The notes under the pieces were generated by a model. It searched no databases and was not told the DNA's origin. It was given only the letters and a program-made list of their open reading frames with translations. A program made the translations under genes and the position numbers. From Octopus vulgaris (lineage: Eukaryota), in contig OX597837.1 in assembly GCA_951406725.2 (NCBI GenBank), forward strand, positions 19,592,001 through 19,656,000: DNA of 64,000 nucleotides, given 5' to 3'. Positions 52,328-64,000 of the stretch are shown here, piece after piece; positions within the stretch are counted from its first letter, which is position 1, and the number at the start of each line of letters is the position of its first letter.

Positions 52328-52646
52328 CTATTTATATATTTATATATATGCGTGTGTATATATTAATAGATAGCACATATATACATACATGCATACAGAA
52401 AGCGACAGATTGTTAGATAGTGTGTGTATTATAATGATGTAATACCGTGTGAATATATCCACATGCACACAAGCACACAAACACACACAGACACGCACAC
52501 ACACACACGTGTCTTTAAGATATAGTAATATAGTAATACTATTTGTTCATAAGCACACTGAAATATAATGATTAATACACACACATATATACACACACAC
52601 ACACACTCATATTTCGAGACTGGGAGAAATAGATCGATAGTTATAG

Positions 52647-52742
<96 letters not shown>

Positions 52743-53108
52743 GGATAGATATATAGATTGATAGATAGATAGATAGATGGAGAGGGAGAGGGAGAGAGAG
52801 AGAGATGGAAAGGGAGGAAGTGAGATCTAAATGAAGATGTCTGTCTGTCTATCCCTGTGTATAATTGCTGTAGTGATACTACTTGTATGCTAGTAGTGGT
52901 CCCTCTATCTTCGTTGATACACAGGGATATATACTGGGGAAACAATAATATGCACACACGCATACACGCTCACACAGTCCTGTACACACAAATACGTACC
53001 GGCTCCTTTTCATTTTTCATCCACTTCTTTTCTTTCTATATATGTAGGTATATTTGTGTGTGTGTGCGTGTGTGCGTGCGTGTGCGTGTGTGTGCGTGCA
53101 TGTGTGCG

Positions 53109-53149
<41 letters not shown>

Positions 53150-53407
53150 ATCACCGTTAAATCTATGACTGAAACTGTCCGTGTGTCTATTATTGTGAAT
53201 GTGTGGCTGTGTGTCTGTAAGCGAATATATATGTGTAGATTTATATATGATTTTGTACATCTCACATAATCTCATCTACACACACTAGCGCGTGCGGTGG
53301 ACACACACACACATACACATACACACAGACGCACACACACGTACACGCATGTGTATATATATATATATACATATATACATATACATACATACACACGACT
53401 ACATATA

Positions 53408-53444
<37 letters not shown>

Positions 53445-53471
53445 ATTGTGTATATATATGTAGGTATCTAT

Positions 53472-53548
<77 letters not shown>

Positions 53549-53592
53549 AGTGCACACTCACACATATACATATACACACATACTTATGCATA

Positions 53593-53623
<31 letters not shown>

Positions 53624-54045
53624 TATATTTATATATATATCCACATATATACGCGCGTGTGCCTATGTGCGAGTGGGTGTGCGCGTGTGTGTAGGTATGT
53701 CTGTTGGTATAGCTATTTCGCTCGCAACACAATGGTCCTGAGTCTCTCTCCACTGTATGGCACCTGAGCCAACTCATAAACGTGCATACATACATGCACG
53801 CATGAACGCATGAACGCACACACGGATACATACATGTATATACACATGGCATATACACGTGCATACATATATTTCTACATACTTAAACAGATTGCATGCA
53901 CGCTCGCGCAAGCACAAACACAAATACACACATATCCGCCACTTTCTTATCAGTTCCTGGAATGTAGTTGCTGTTTGGGAGCTCGACTTACTGACACACA
54001 CTTACACACACGCGCGCCCGCGTATGCTGCAATGTGTGTCGGTGT

Positions 54046-54105
<60 letters not shown>

Positions 54106-54577
54106 CTCCACTAGAGTGGACGAAAGCGCGATATATACATGATATATGATTTATAAAAACATGTAACATTCTAATAAATATCTCTAAATATAAAACCATC
54201 CATATTTCTGAGTACCTAATTTCTTCTAATATATAATACCTGTACATCATCTCCAAACCTTCTAATGCAAACTTACACATACACATACATATGTATATGC
54301 CTTTGTGTGTGTGAGTCTCCTTGCCTGTATCTCAATTTACACCGGTCCGAAAATCCCGGTGTATTTTTATGGTTCATAACTTAGGTTTTCGATGAATATA
54401 GACAGGTGAAATATGTACTACCTTGAAATATGAACAAGGTTGATATGATGGCCAGAACGCCCTTTCATCTTTTCATCCGCTGTCGCAGTTTGACCCTAGT
54501 CAGATTGGCTTTAACCGATAAGAAGAAAAGAGTATTACCTGAGTGTGTGTGTTTGTTGTGTGTGTGTGTGTGTGTGC

Positions 54578-54611
<34 letters not shown>

Positions 54612-54617
54612 CTTTGC

Positions 54618-54651
<34 letters not shown>

Positions 54652-54679
54652 CCTGTTTGTGTGTGTGTGTGTCTTTGCC

Positions 54680-54718
<39 letters not shown>

Positions 54719-54829
54719 GCTTTTTGGGATATGTTAGTATATGTATGTGTCGGTGTGCGTGCGTGTGTGTGAGTGTGCGTGGTTATGTGTATGTGTATAT
54801 ATGCGTATATATGTAAATGTATGTATATA

Positions 54830-54865
<36 letters not shown>

Positions 54866-55757
54866 TGTATGTATGTATGTATGTATGTATTTATTTATGT
54901 ATGTGTGTATGTATGTATGTATGTATGTATGTATGTATGTATGTATGTATGTATGTATGTATGTATGTATGTATGTATGTATGTATGTATGTGTGTATGC
55001 GTGTGTGTACTAGTGTCTGTGTGAAGCGGTATGAGCGCATTTAAGTGTCCGCACGTGTGTGCGTGTTTGCGTGTATGTGTATGCATGTGTATGTGTGCGT
55101 ATGTGCTTGTGAATGCGTCTGGGTGCGTGTGTCAGCGTGTGTGTGTTTGTGTGTGTACCGGTGTCTGTGTAAACCGGTGTGCGTGAGCGCGCGTGTGCAT
55201 ATGCATGTGTACCGGTCTATGTGATGTTTGTATACCGGTGTGTGTGCGTTTCTATACCGGTTTGTGTGTGTATGTCTGTGTGTGTGTGCCGGTGTTTGTA
55301 TGACGGTGTGTGTGTGCCGTTGTGTGCGTATACGTGTGTATATGTGTGAATGTGTGTGTGTTGTTGTATATATGTGCATCCGTGTATGTGTGCATGTGTG
55401 TACTGGTATGTGTGCGTGTATCGGTGTGTGCATAAGTGCCGTTGTGTGTGTGTGTTTGCACCTGAGTAATGATTGAAAGAAAAAGGTAAATTCAAGGTGA
55501 GTATTGTTTCAAATATATATTAATATAAGTTTAAGTGTGTGGCTATATGCGTATGTGTATCCAAGCGTGTGGAGACAAGTATGCACCCACACATATACTT
55601 ACTTACATAACATACTCAGACAGACACATATACATACATACATACATGCATACATACATACATACATACATACTCACAATCATACACACACACACATATA
55701 TATATATACATATAAATATGTATATATTTATATGTGTGTGCACACATAGACGTAGGT

Positions 55758-55792
<35 letters not shown>

Positions 55793-55879
55793 ATATACAT
55801 ACGTTTATTAACACATATGTACGCATCAGTCCATCTCTCGCGCTCTCTCTTTCCTTACAAGTGTGTAAATGTACGGATA

Positions 55880-55919
<40 letters not shown>

Positions 55920-56011
55920 AATACATAGATAAATAGATACATACATACATACATAATATTTATAAATATATATATGTGTATATATATCTACATATGTATA
56001 TATGCATGTGC

Positions 56012-56120
<109 letters not shown>

Positions 56121-57339
56121 GCACACACACTCTAGTACATGCATACACTCATACACATCATATAGCAACATACAGAGACACCTCTGTTAGACACACACGG
56201 CTACACACGTCATGAAGTGGCATCGTTGTAAAGTCTGTCTCAGCGCCTCCTCTACCTTCCACCCTCCCTTTCTCCCTCTCAATCACCACTACCATCACTG
56301 CCACCACAACCTACATACATACACACACACACACACCCCTGCTACCCAGCTTTAACACAGTGTAGAAAGAGAGAATGAGTGACGCACAGACAGACGAAAA
56401 CTGTACCGAATAACCCCGTAGTTTTCGGCTACATTTATCTGAATTCAAAATGGCGACTGTCTCATGACGTTTCCCCCTTACCTCTTCCCACTACTGTAGC
56501 CAGCCTATCCCCTCTCTGTCTCTCTTATATACACACCTGCTACTACAGCGTCTGCAGACTTTTTAGCAACGCAACTGCAGTATGGTGCAGATGGTTGGTG
56601 CAAATATTCGCTGCATTTTTATATAATGTTGAAGAGTCTTCCTTTGGTCATTCGGTCGCATCATTTCTGAGATCGAATTTCAATATGTCAGGCTAGAGTA
56701 TTTTATGCACTCTGACATCTTCGAGTAGGAGTAGGTGTTAAAAATGGTTGAAAATACTTTCATTCGAACCCTGGCCCCTTGAATAGGTGTGGTTCCGCAA
56801 TGATTGCAACAAATGACGCCTGTTAATCGAAATATTTTCCCAGGTTGAAAATGTCATTTTTAATTTATTTTTCTATTTTTGTTGGAGAGGAGGGCATTTA
56901 GTGGTATTGAAGCCAAGACACCGGTTACACTTCAGAGAGAGAGCGAGAGAGAGAGAGGGAGAGAAAGGGCAGAAGAGAGAGAGAGAAAGAGTGAAGAGGT
57001 GGGATGGGAAGATCCTATACAACGTGTATTATCGTCACACCTGAAGCGTAATTCCCGTACTTCTTACAGAGTGAACTCCGCACACAAGGACCCTGTGGTT
57101 TGATGGTGCTAACCCGAGTGAAATATCAACCATTTTTAGCATAATAGAAACCCGGATATTTTGTTGGGCATAATTAGAGGCAACAAATTCTCTCTCCAGG
57201 ACCGACAAGTAAAGACAATTCAGCTATTATAGAACGAAAAGCAATCTTGTTTTAATGACAGAATATAGAGAAGATATTTTGTAATACACAAAGAATGAAA
57301 AACAGTCTTTTTGATGACTTTTTAATAAAAAATATTTCA

Positions 57340-58215
57340 CTCTTTAACTTCTTTCCATTATTAAACTGCGGCTATGCTGGAGCACCGCCTTGAAGAGTTT
57401 AGTCGAACAAATCAACTTCAGTACTTGTTTGCCGAACTGCTAGGTTGTTGTTGTGGCGGTATTCATCCGGGGTGGGTCGAGCCGGCTCCGACTAACGAGT
57501 CATGATCGGAGTTTCAGTGGAAATACAAATCCACATGTGGTCCCTGGTCATATGGATACACACTTTGGGACAGTGTGATCCGTAGCATCTTGTTGATTGT
57601 CGACCGTCTCAGAAGATTCGCTGACCAAATCCCCGCTGATTACCGGAGCAGACGTAGATTGGGTTTGAAGAGAGTTTATAGAGACATGCTTTAACAAAAG
57701 CTAAGGAGTGTCTGATTCCCAGTGGTCTTACAGCGTGCCGGATACCAAACAGGAATTTCAGAGGGCTAATGCTATTTCTAGATAATCGTTGGAACTACAT
57801 TAGGTTGATCCGTTGATTTTGATAGGTCTTGTTTTTAATCTTGCTGGGTTTCTTGCAACCCTCTTCACCACAGGCAAACCTTGTCAGGGTGCCGGTTTAG
57901 TCGCCATTGACCCGACCATGCAACAGGTTGTACTAGATTGCATGTTACCAGTAACCCTCATGAGAGACCTCACAAGTAACCTGACACATAACTGTTTAGT
58001 TACAGGGGCATAAAGAAAATAACACCGGTCGTCAAGCACAAGCGAAACACAGACACATTAATATATATCTATATTCAATTTTATTAATATATATATAATC
58101 AATTTCCGTCGACCAAATTCATTCACAAGACTTTGGTCGGCTCAGGATTATAGTAGAAGACACTTGCACAAGATACATGTGGTTAGGAAGAAATTTTCTT
58201 ACCTGACAGTCGCAC
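57340..58215 (-). mobile_element. SINE family A split by an RTE-related insertion (57450-57985)
   Basis: 3' part ctgcggctatgctggagcaccgcc (57366); 5' part tttccgtcgaccaaattcattcacaag...ttggtcgg (58100). Confidence 0.75.
57450..57985 (-). mobile_element. RTE-related non-autonomous retroposon with (CAA)n tail
   Basis: Homologous to 46425-46971 and begins at gttgttgttg. Confidence 0.6.
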
Positions 58216-58489
58216 CTGGTCTTATTTATTTTCATGGCCATTTCTATAACTGGTTGGAGGAAAGGAATTCGTTATCGTTAAATCGTAACCCTAGTCCGAA
58301 AGCGTCTTAGAGGTGAACTTCACTGACAGTAACTGGGGTGGTGGGTAGGGTGTTAATTGAGGTTACGGATTTGAACTACTGGTAAAGAGGCGAGACATAT
58401 ACTGTAAGCCATCTCGTCTGGCGTTCTATCCATTTTGCCAATCCATCGCCCTGGACTGGTACTATGTAGTGTGTGTCCCGAGAGTAATA

Positions 58490-58930
58490 TCCTTACTGCA
58501 ATAGGCACAAAGCCTGGAAATTTGGGGGAAGGGGTTAGTTGATTACATGGACCCAATTACTCAACTGATAATTATTTCATTGACCCCGAAAGGATGAAAG
58601 GCAAAGTCGACCCCAGCAGAATTTGAACAATGTAAAACCAGAAGAAATGCCGCTAAGCGTTTTGTTCGGCATCATAACCACTCAGCCAGCTCGCCGTCTT
58701 TGTCACTTCAGTAATGTCAATGGTCAAGTAAAAGGCGGCGAGATGACAGAATCGGTAGCACGCTAGGCAAAATACTTTACGTTCTGAGTTCAAATTCCGC
58801 CGAGGTCAACTTCGCGTTTTATCCTTTCAGGGTCGATAAATTGAGTACCAGTTGAGTATTGGAGTGAAATGTACTCGATTTACAACCTCTCGCGAAATTT
58901 CTGGCCTTGTGTCAAAGTTTCAAACCAATA
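58490..58930. mobile_element. Head-to-head SINE B pair (58490-58700 minus, 58731-58930 plus)
   Basis: gaccccgaaaggatgaaaggcaaagtcgacc...gccagctcgcc, then aaggcggcgag...gttctgagttcaaattccgccgagg. Confidence 0.85.
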
Positions 58931-59289
58931 TCAATCTTGAATAAAGACGGTTCAGTCCGCGCACTTTAATTAATTTCACCCTTTACTGTTATTGATAATA
59001 TATATATATGTATTATATGATTGAACGCCACGCATCCTCATCCTCTTCCAAGTAAGTTTTATCTTAATAATTCTGATGCGCACTCTATACGATCTTTTTA
59101 CGCTTTCGTTTGTATCTCTTTCTCTCTCTTATACTTTTATCTCCTCTTCTACCACTATTCTATCCTACCACTCTGTCACTCTCTCTCCCTCACTCCTCCT
59201 CCCTTCCTCGCATGGCTCCCACGTGACCATCGGTCATCTTCCTTTCTTCTCCTAACTTGTGTTTCTTTCTCTCCGTTCTAGATTGAACA

Positions 59290-59660
59290 ATGAAGACGTG
59301 TTTTGTCTGTTTCTTGTCCAAGGTTGATTTACTCGTTCGCCACCAGAACCTCGTTTAGGCTTAGCAGCCCTTCCTGTTTGTGTTCCCTGTCCTGTTTGTG
59401 TTACCAATTTCGACCTTCCGCAAAATCCCAAATTTTATTTAATTTACTTTGCGGAAGCAACTATTTTATCGAAATCGTATATTGTTGTTAAATGCTCGAA
59501 ATATGAGAGTAGAAAAACAGCCAACAACTGATGAAGGGTTATTATTTAAGTTGTTTGTCTTGTTTTCCATTTGTGTCATTCGTTGTTCGAAAACATAATT
59601 CATATTCCATGTACTCGTACTTCGTATTTTTTTGTTGTACACGTTTCGTGACGTCCTGTG
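59290..59660 (+). mobile_element. PLE-terminal-like repeat, homologous to 3280-3720
   Basis: Same hairpin and GAAA...CTGATGAaggg arrangement as the 3280-3720 copy. Confidence 0.5.
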
Positions 59661-59671
59661 CCCACATATGC

Positions 59672-59732
<61 letters not shown>

Positions 59733-59883
59733 CACATATATATATATACGTATAGATATATGTAGATATACGTATGCATATATGCACATATATATGTATA
59801 TATATATATATATATATACAACACACAGGACGCATGCTGTCTAGACCAATGTTCAGTCCGAACAACTCAACCGGTTAAGTTTT

Positions 59884-60141
59884 AAACGGAACGTGGTGTA
59901 CTCGATGACGTGAGCCTGTGGCTCGACATATATGGGGTCGACCAGGAAACACCACTTTAGGATAAAGAAACATTTGTACAAGAGCACACCAGCCTGCACC
60001 GTGTTCCAACACCACCAACACTGTGATGAGGGATGCTACACTCACATACTAGCGAGGAGGAGGGATGCAGTTGGCCTCAGGATTACAGAGGCAAACTTTA
60101 CCAGGTAGGAAAGAACAAGCCTGAGTCTCCGTATTGAGCTG
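59884..60141 (+). pseudogene. Penelope-like GIY-YIG endonuclease remnant (second PLE family)
   Basis: One frame: KRNVVYSMT*ACGSTYMGSTRKHHFRIKKHL...VFQHHQHC...ILARRRDAVGLRITEANFTR*ERTSLSLRIEL (VVY..C.CG..YIG.T...R..EH...EA..I). Missed by the ORF track because of two stops. Confidence 0.85.
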
Positions 60142-60240
60142 GATGCGAGGAAACACATCTACCTCTTCCAGGATCTTTAATCATAAAAGAGCGAGAAACT
60201 AAATACTATCAAGAGAGTGCGGGAAATGAGGTTTAAAAAA

Positions 60241-60278
60241 TATCTGATGAAGAACCATCGATTCGAAATCGCTAACTA
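60241..60278 (+). other. Decayed hammerhead-like motif downstream of the GIY-YIG remnant
   Basis: CTGATGA-a gaa ccatcga ttc-GAAA-tcgc-TA. Helix I is not evident. Confidence 0.4.
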
Positions 60279-60619
60279 AACAAGCTACAACACTCAGCAA
60301 CAACACTCTCTAGAGATCATACGCCCGATAAACCACCATATATACCATATGTAGGGCAAACTATCTAACTTTCTATATATCTATCTATCTATCGATTAGT
60401 CTATCTGTCTGTCCATCTAGCTATCGACCCGTCTGACCGTTTGTCCTTCACTTATCTACCTATGTACTTTTATACTTATTTCGATATCCATAAACCTTTT
60501 ATACATCCTTAAACCTTCAAGCTTTAATATAGACGAACCGTTAAAGCTTTTACATCTTATTTCATCTAGTTTCAGCTCATGAGCTGTGGCCATGCTGGGG
60601 CACCGCCATTTAAAAATGT

Positions 60620-60840
60620 TCCTTCTCGAGCCATGCCAGGCTCATAAGGGCCGGTTTCCCGGTTTCAGTGGCGTAGAAATTCCCCACCTGGACAGGACGC
60701 CAGTCCGTTGCAGGATTACTCATTTTTGCCAGCTGAGTAGACTGGAGCAACGTGAAATGAAGTGTTTTGCTCAAGAACACAATGCATCGCCCGGTCCAGG
60801 AATCGAAACCACGACCTTACGATCATGAGTTCAACACCCT
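60620..60840 (-). mobile_element. tRNA-derived SINE family D (head and core shared with family E, V-domain-like segment)
   Basis: Minus strand reads ggtttcgattcc...tgtgttcttgagcaaaacacttcatttcacgttgctccag...cctgcaacggactggcgtcctgtccagg. Confidence 0.8.
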
Positions 60841-61039
60841 ATCCACCGACCTATTATAGAAAATTAAACCTCCTCGAACTCTTCTGCCGTTTGTTTTTGT
60901 TTCATATTAATTTATTGCATTTTATTTTCTTGTATTTTACTCTGTTTTACCTCATGTTCTTGCTTTAGCTCATCTCCCTCCCTACGTATCCTACTAGCGG
61001 CGTTACCCTGCTATGTTACTAATATATATATATATATAT

Positions 61040-61435
61040 ATTAGTTTCTTTGTCAAAAGAGGAGGGTCATCAATTACATTCATTCTAGTACTTTATTTTA
61101 TCGACCCTGAAAGAATGAAAGGTAAAGTCGACGCCGGCGGATTTTTGAACTATGAAAGTAACGAGTCGGAAGAAATGCTACTAAGCATTTTGTCCGATGT
61201 ACTAACGATTCAACCCACTACGATTCCTTAAAGTAATGGTTTCAAGTCTCACCACACGGTCAGCAATTTTATCGGGACGGGGCTGGTCGATTACAACAAC
61301 AATTGTGTTCAATTAGTTTTTATTATATTGACCTCGAAAGAATGAAATGCAAAGTCGACTTCAGCGGTATTTGAACTAAGATGTCGCTAAGCATTTTGTC
61401 CGGCATGCCATTGATTCTGCATGGCTCGCTGCCAC
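61040..61435 (-). mobile_element. Two tandem degraded SINE B copies
   Basis: gacc..gaaagaatgaaa.g.aaagtcgac...ctaagcattttgtcc occurs twice. Confidence 0.75.
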
Positions 61436-61559
61436 ACGCGTAAGCAATAAAGACAACTAACAAGAAACTATAACAGAATTCTCTAACAGGGAGGGACTAC
61501 CACAAAGTAGTAACAAAGGAAACTCACAGATTCTGGGTCACCCGACATCAAGGATAGCG

Positions 61560-63240
61560 CTCAGAGGTGCATCTCTCCAATCTGTTCTCGCCATCCTGCA
61601 GGTGCCAGCTAAAGTGCCGTACACATCTGCTTGGGCTCGTGTAGCATGTGCTCATTATAGTCCATCAAAGATCGAATTGTGTCTTTGTTTTCACGTTGCC
61701 CATCGAGCAGCTTTCGTCCCCTTGGGTCTTATAGAACGTACCTTAGCTTCGGCAATGCAGCCTTCGTACTTCGCTTTGAAGAATAAGTTTAGTCCCAATG
61801 TCGCTGCGTGCATGTCGGTTGCGAGCATTTCTTAAACGCCTGTTATAACTTTCTAAGTCTCCCTCTATTCTATTTTTTCAATCGCCACAGCCTTACTAAA
61901 CCCAATTGATACTACTCTAACCGCCCTTTTTTTAGGGCAGCACAATTTGTTGTTGACAATTTCCCTATCAACACCCGATTAACCAATTCGTTAATCCTGT
62001 CCATAAACTTGGCTTGCTGGGAACGACGCATTCAACTTACAGTAACTGGGTCCCTGTCTACAAAGTCTAACTCGGACGACCGTAGAGCTCACAAATTGGA
62101 GTCGAACACTTTACAGAGTGGACAACGAATGCTATCCCTAGCTGCTGACCTACAGAATACTCTTTCTAGCTAAGATCTGGTTGACTCGATATGCTTTGTC
62201 CATTTCCACATTGACGCAACCGGAAATCCAGTCGGTACATGTCTAAATAGGAAGTAGGTTTACGAAGCTTTTGCATCCCTTCTCCTATCAATTATCATTT
62301 GTTATTGATTAACATTTAATGTCCTCCTCATCACCTTCATCACACACAGCATGTGTGGTGTGCGTCGAGGCACATCTTGGCAGCGAGGTTTGTTGTTGCT
62401 TTCGGCTGATATTGTTACCGCTGTCTGGGATGTTGTAATGGCGTATATTTCTATTGCTTCCACTGTTGTTATTGCGGTTGTTGTGGCTTTCGTTGATGTA
62501 GTTGCTGCAGTTACTATTTTTGCTGATGTTGTTGCTCCTGCTGTTGCTGCTGTTTTTGCGGCCGTTGGTTTTACTCTTACTGCCGTTGATACTATAGTGA
62601 CTGCCTGCTGCTGCTGATGGGCTGATGTTTTGCTGGTGTTATTGCCCTTTTTGTCGATGGTATACGCAGAAGTAGTGGTCTTTCCTTTTTTGCTGTGGAC
62701 AAATTTGATGTGATTTATGTCACCACACAAGTGATACGTCGGCCTTCTGCCATCAACGGCCCCGTATAATTTTCTGCCGTTCGGCAGACTGATCACTTAC
62801 GGGATTGATTCCATGCTTCGGTGATCCCTTTAAATCCATCCCCTGGCCTGACCCATTTTGTTTTCGCAGTCTTTCTAACTTTAGAATATTGGCTTTTGTC
62901 TTCTATATCAAAAAAGACAGCTTCCACAAACCAGTAAACGTTTCTGTCTAATGACACTTTGACTATCTTTATTTTAAGTATCCTACGGTCACCGTAGATT
63001 GTCTTGAGAATAAGTTCGTCACTCCTTACCTTTGTTATGGATTGCTTCTTGGCCTCATCCTGCGTAGGAACTCTCTCCTCTACCGTGCCGTGCTTTTTCC
63101 TCTGGCCTATGTTTTGACCGCCCCAGATCGATCTGAAGCAATGGACTATTCCACAGTTGTGTCGCTTGCTCTATCTCTCTACTTTTTGTAGCAAGATTTT
63201 ACATTCTGATGTTTGTTTACTGCTCAATAGATTCCGGAAT
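61560..63240 (-). pseudogene. L1/Tx1-type LINE remnant: ORF1 plus partial ORF2
   Basis: ORF1: QNIGQRKKHGTVE, EAKKQS...YGDRR..KI and VDGRRPTYHLCGDINHIK (decayed CCHC knuckle). ORF2: WKWT...TRS*LERV (APE), QGPSYCKLNASF (compare GPGYWKLN.S) and KYEGCIAEAK...TIRSLMD. Confidence 0.8.
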
Positions 63241-64000
63241 GTTGACTTTCAGACCACATTAATATGTTCTAAGATAAAATTATTTCTTCCTCTATTTTGC
63301 GGACAGTGTCATTGAATCCGCCAACGCTAAATTTACAAGTTACCATTTATATTTTGCGTTGGCGCTAATGGCGTTGGTGGAGGTGGAACGTGTAGATGTG
63401 TTAAATAGACAATTAGACGGTTTTGTGCTTTTCTACAGTCTCTGTCTTGTTATTGTTGTTTTCATTTTCCGGCTTGTTGCAGTTGTTCTATTCTTTTGCC
63501 ATGTTGTTGATGTTGCATTTAGCATTGGTGACGGTGCAGATGGTGGTATTTTGCTGTAAATGTTGGTGGGGACGGTATCAGAAAACAGCTCTTCCAATCA
63601 ATGATTTCACTCCCTTAACTATTTACCGAAAATTCGACGCCACGTTTTGTTATTTATTTATTTATTTGTTTTTTCAGGATGGATAGACTTTAGTAAGTAA
63701 AACAGAGATTTTGTCCAGAATTCATGAAAATTTAAGGAAACCCACTTGCTTCAGAGTGCTGGTTGATTTTGACAACAACAAAGTCCAACTGTAAACCCAC
63801 AAGGCTCTGAAAAGACATCCACTTTTTGCAATTATTATTATTATCATTATAAATGCCCATTTACAGTACCAGGTAGTGGCTCTCATAGCTTCTGCATCTT
63901 AACTGACTGGAGATGTTATCATCAACAATGATAATAATGTCTTTGTATAAAAGATGAGCTACAGCAAATATTCTGCTCAATACCACAAATTTGTTTGTCA

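Noticed and set aside
55491-55503. Perfect splice donor AAG|GTGAGT
   Set aside because: No plausible upstream acceptor or coding frame, and a match like this is expected by chance in 64 kb.

Overview
This 64 kb window is AT-rich, microsatellite-saturated eukaryotic DNA with no intact host protein-coding exon that I can support. The SINE, LINE and Penelope repertoire looks like an octopus (coleoid cephalopod) genome, probably intronic or intergenic; that assignment is an inference. Almost all ORFs in the supplied track are translations of (TA)n, (CA)n, (TACA)n, (GATA)n or (AAT)n repeats. The real content is transposon debris: more than 30 tRNA-derived SINE copies or fragments from at least four families; Penelope-like element (PLE) GIY-YIG remnants; CR1, RTE, R4/Dong and L1/Tx1 LINE fragments; a near full-length dead mariner and a Tc1-like fragment; a Helitron with a Pif1-helicase remnant; and hAT, piggyBac and Tc1 MITEs plus an 805-bp fold-back element carrying telomere-like repeats. 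The most striking hidden signal is a dense set of minimal type I hammerhead ribozyme (HHR) motifs: four with a complete catalytic core and about eight decayed. They are tied to PLE termini and inverted repeats. The best one is a well-formed HHR enclosed by a perfect 48-bp inverted repeat and inserted into the (TA)n of a SINE. Other leads are a candidate 3-nt neural-type microexon, a templated-insertion patchwork, and a putative partner-LINE tail for one SINE family. Coordinates of degraded elements are approximate (about 10-20 nt either way). SINE family letters are my own labels.
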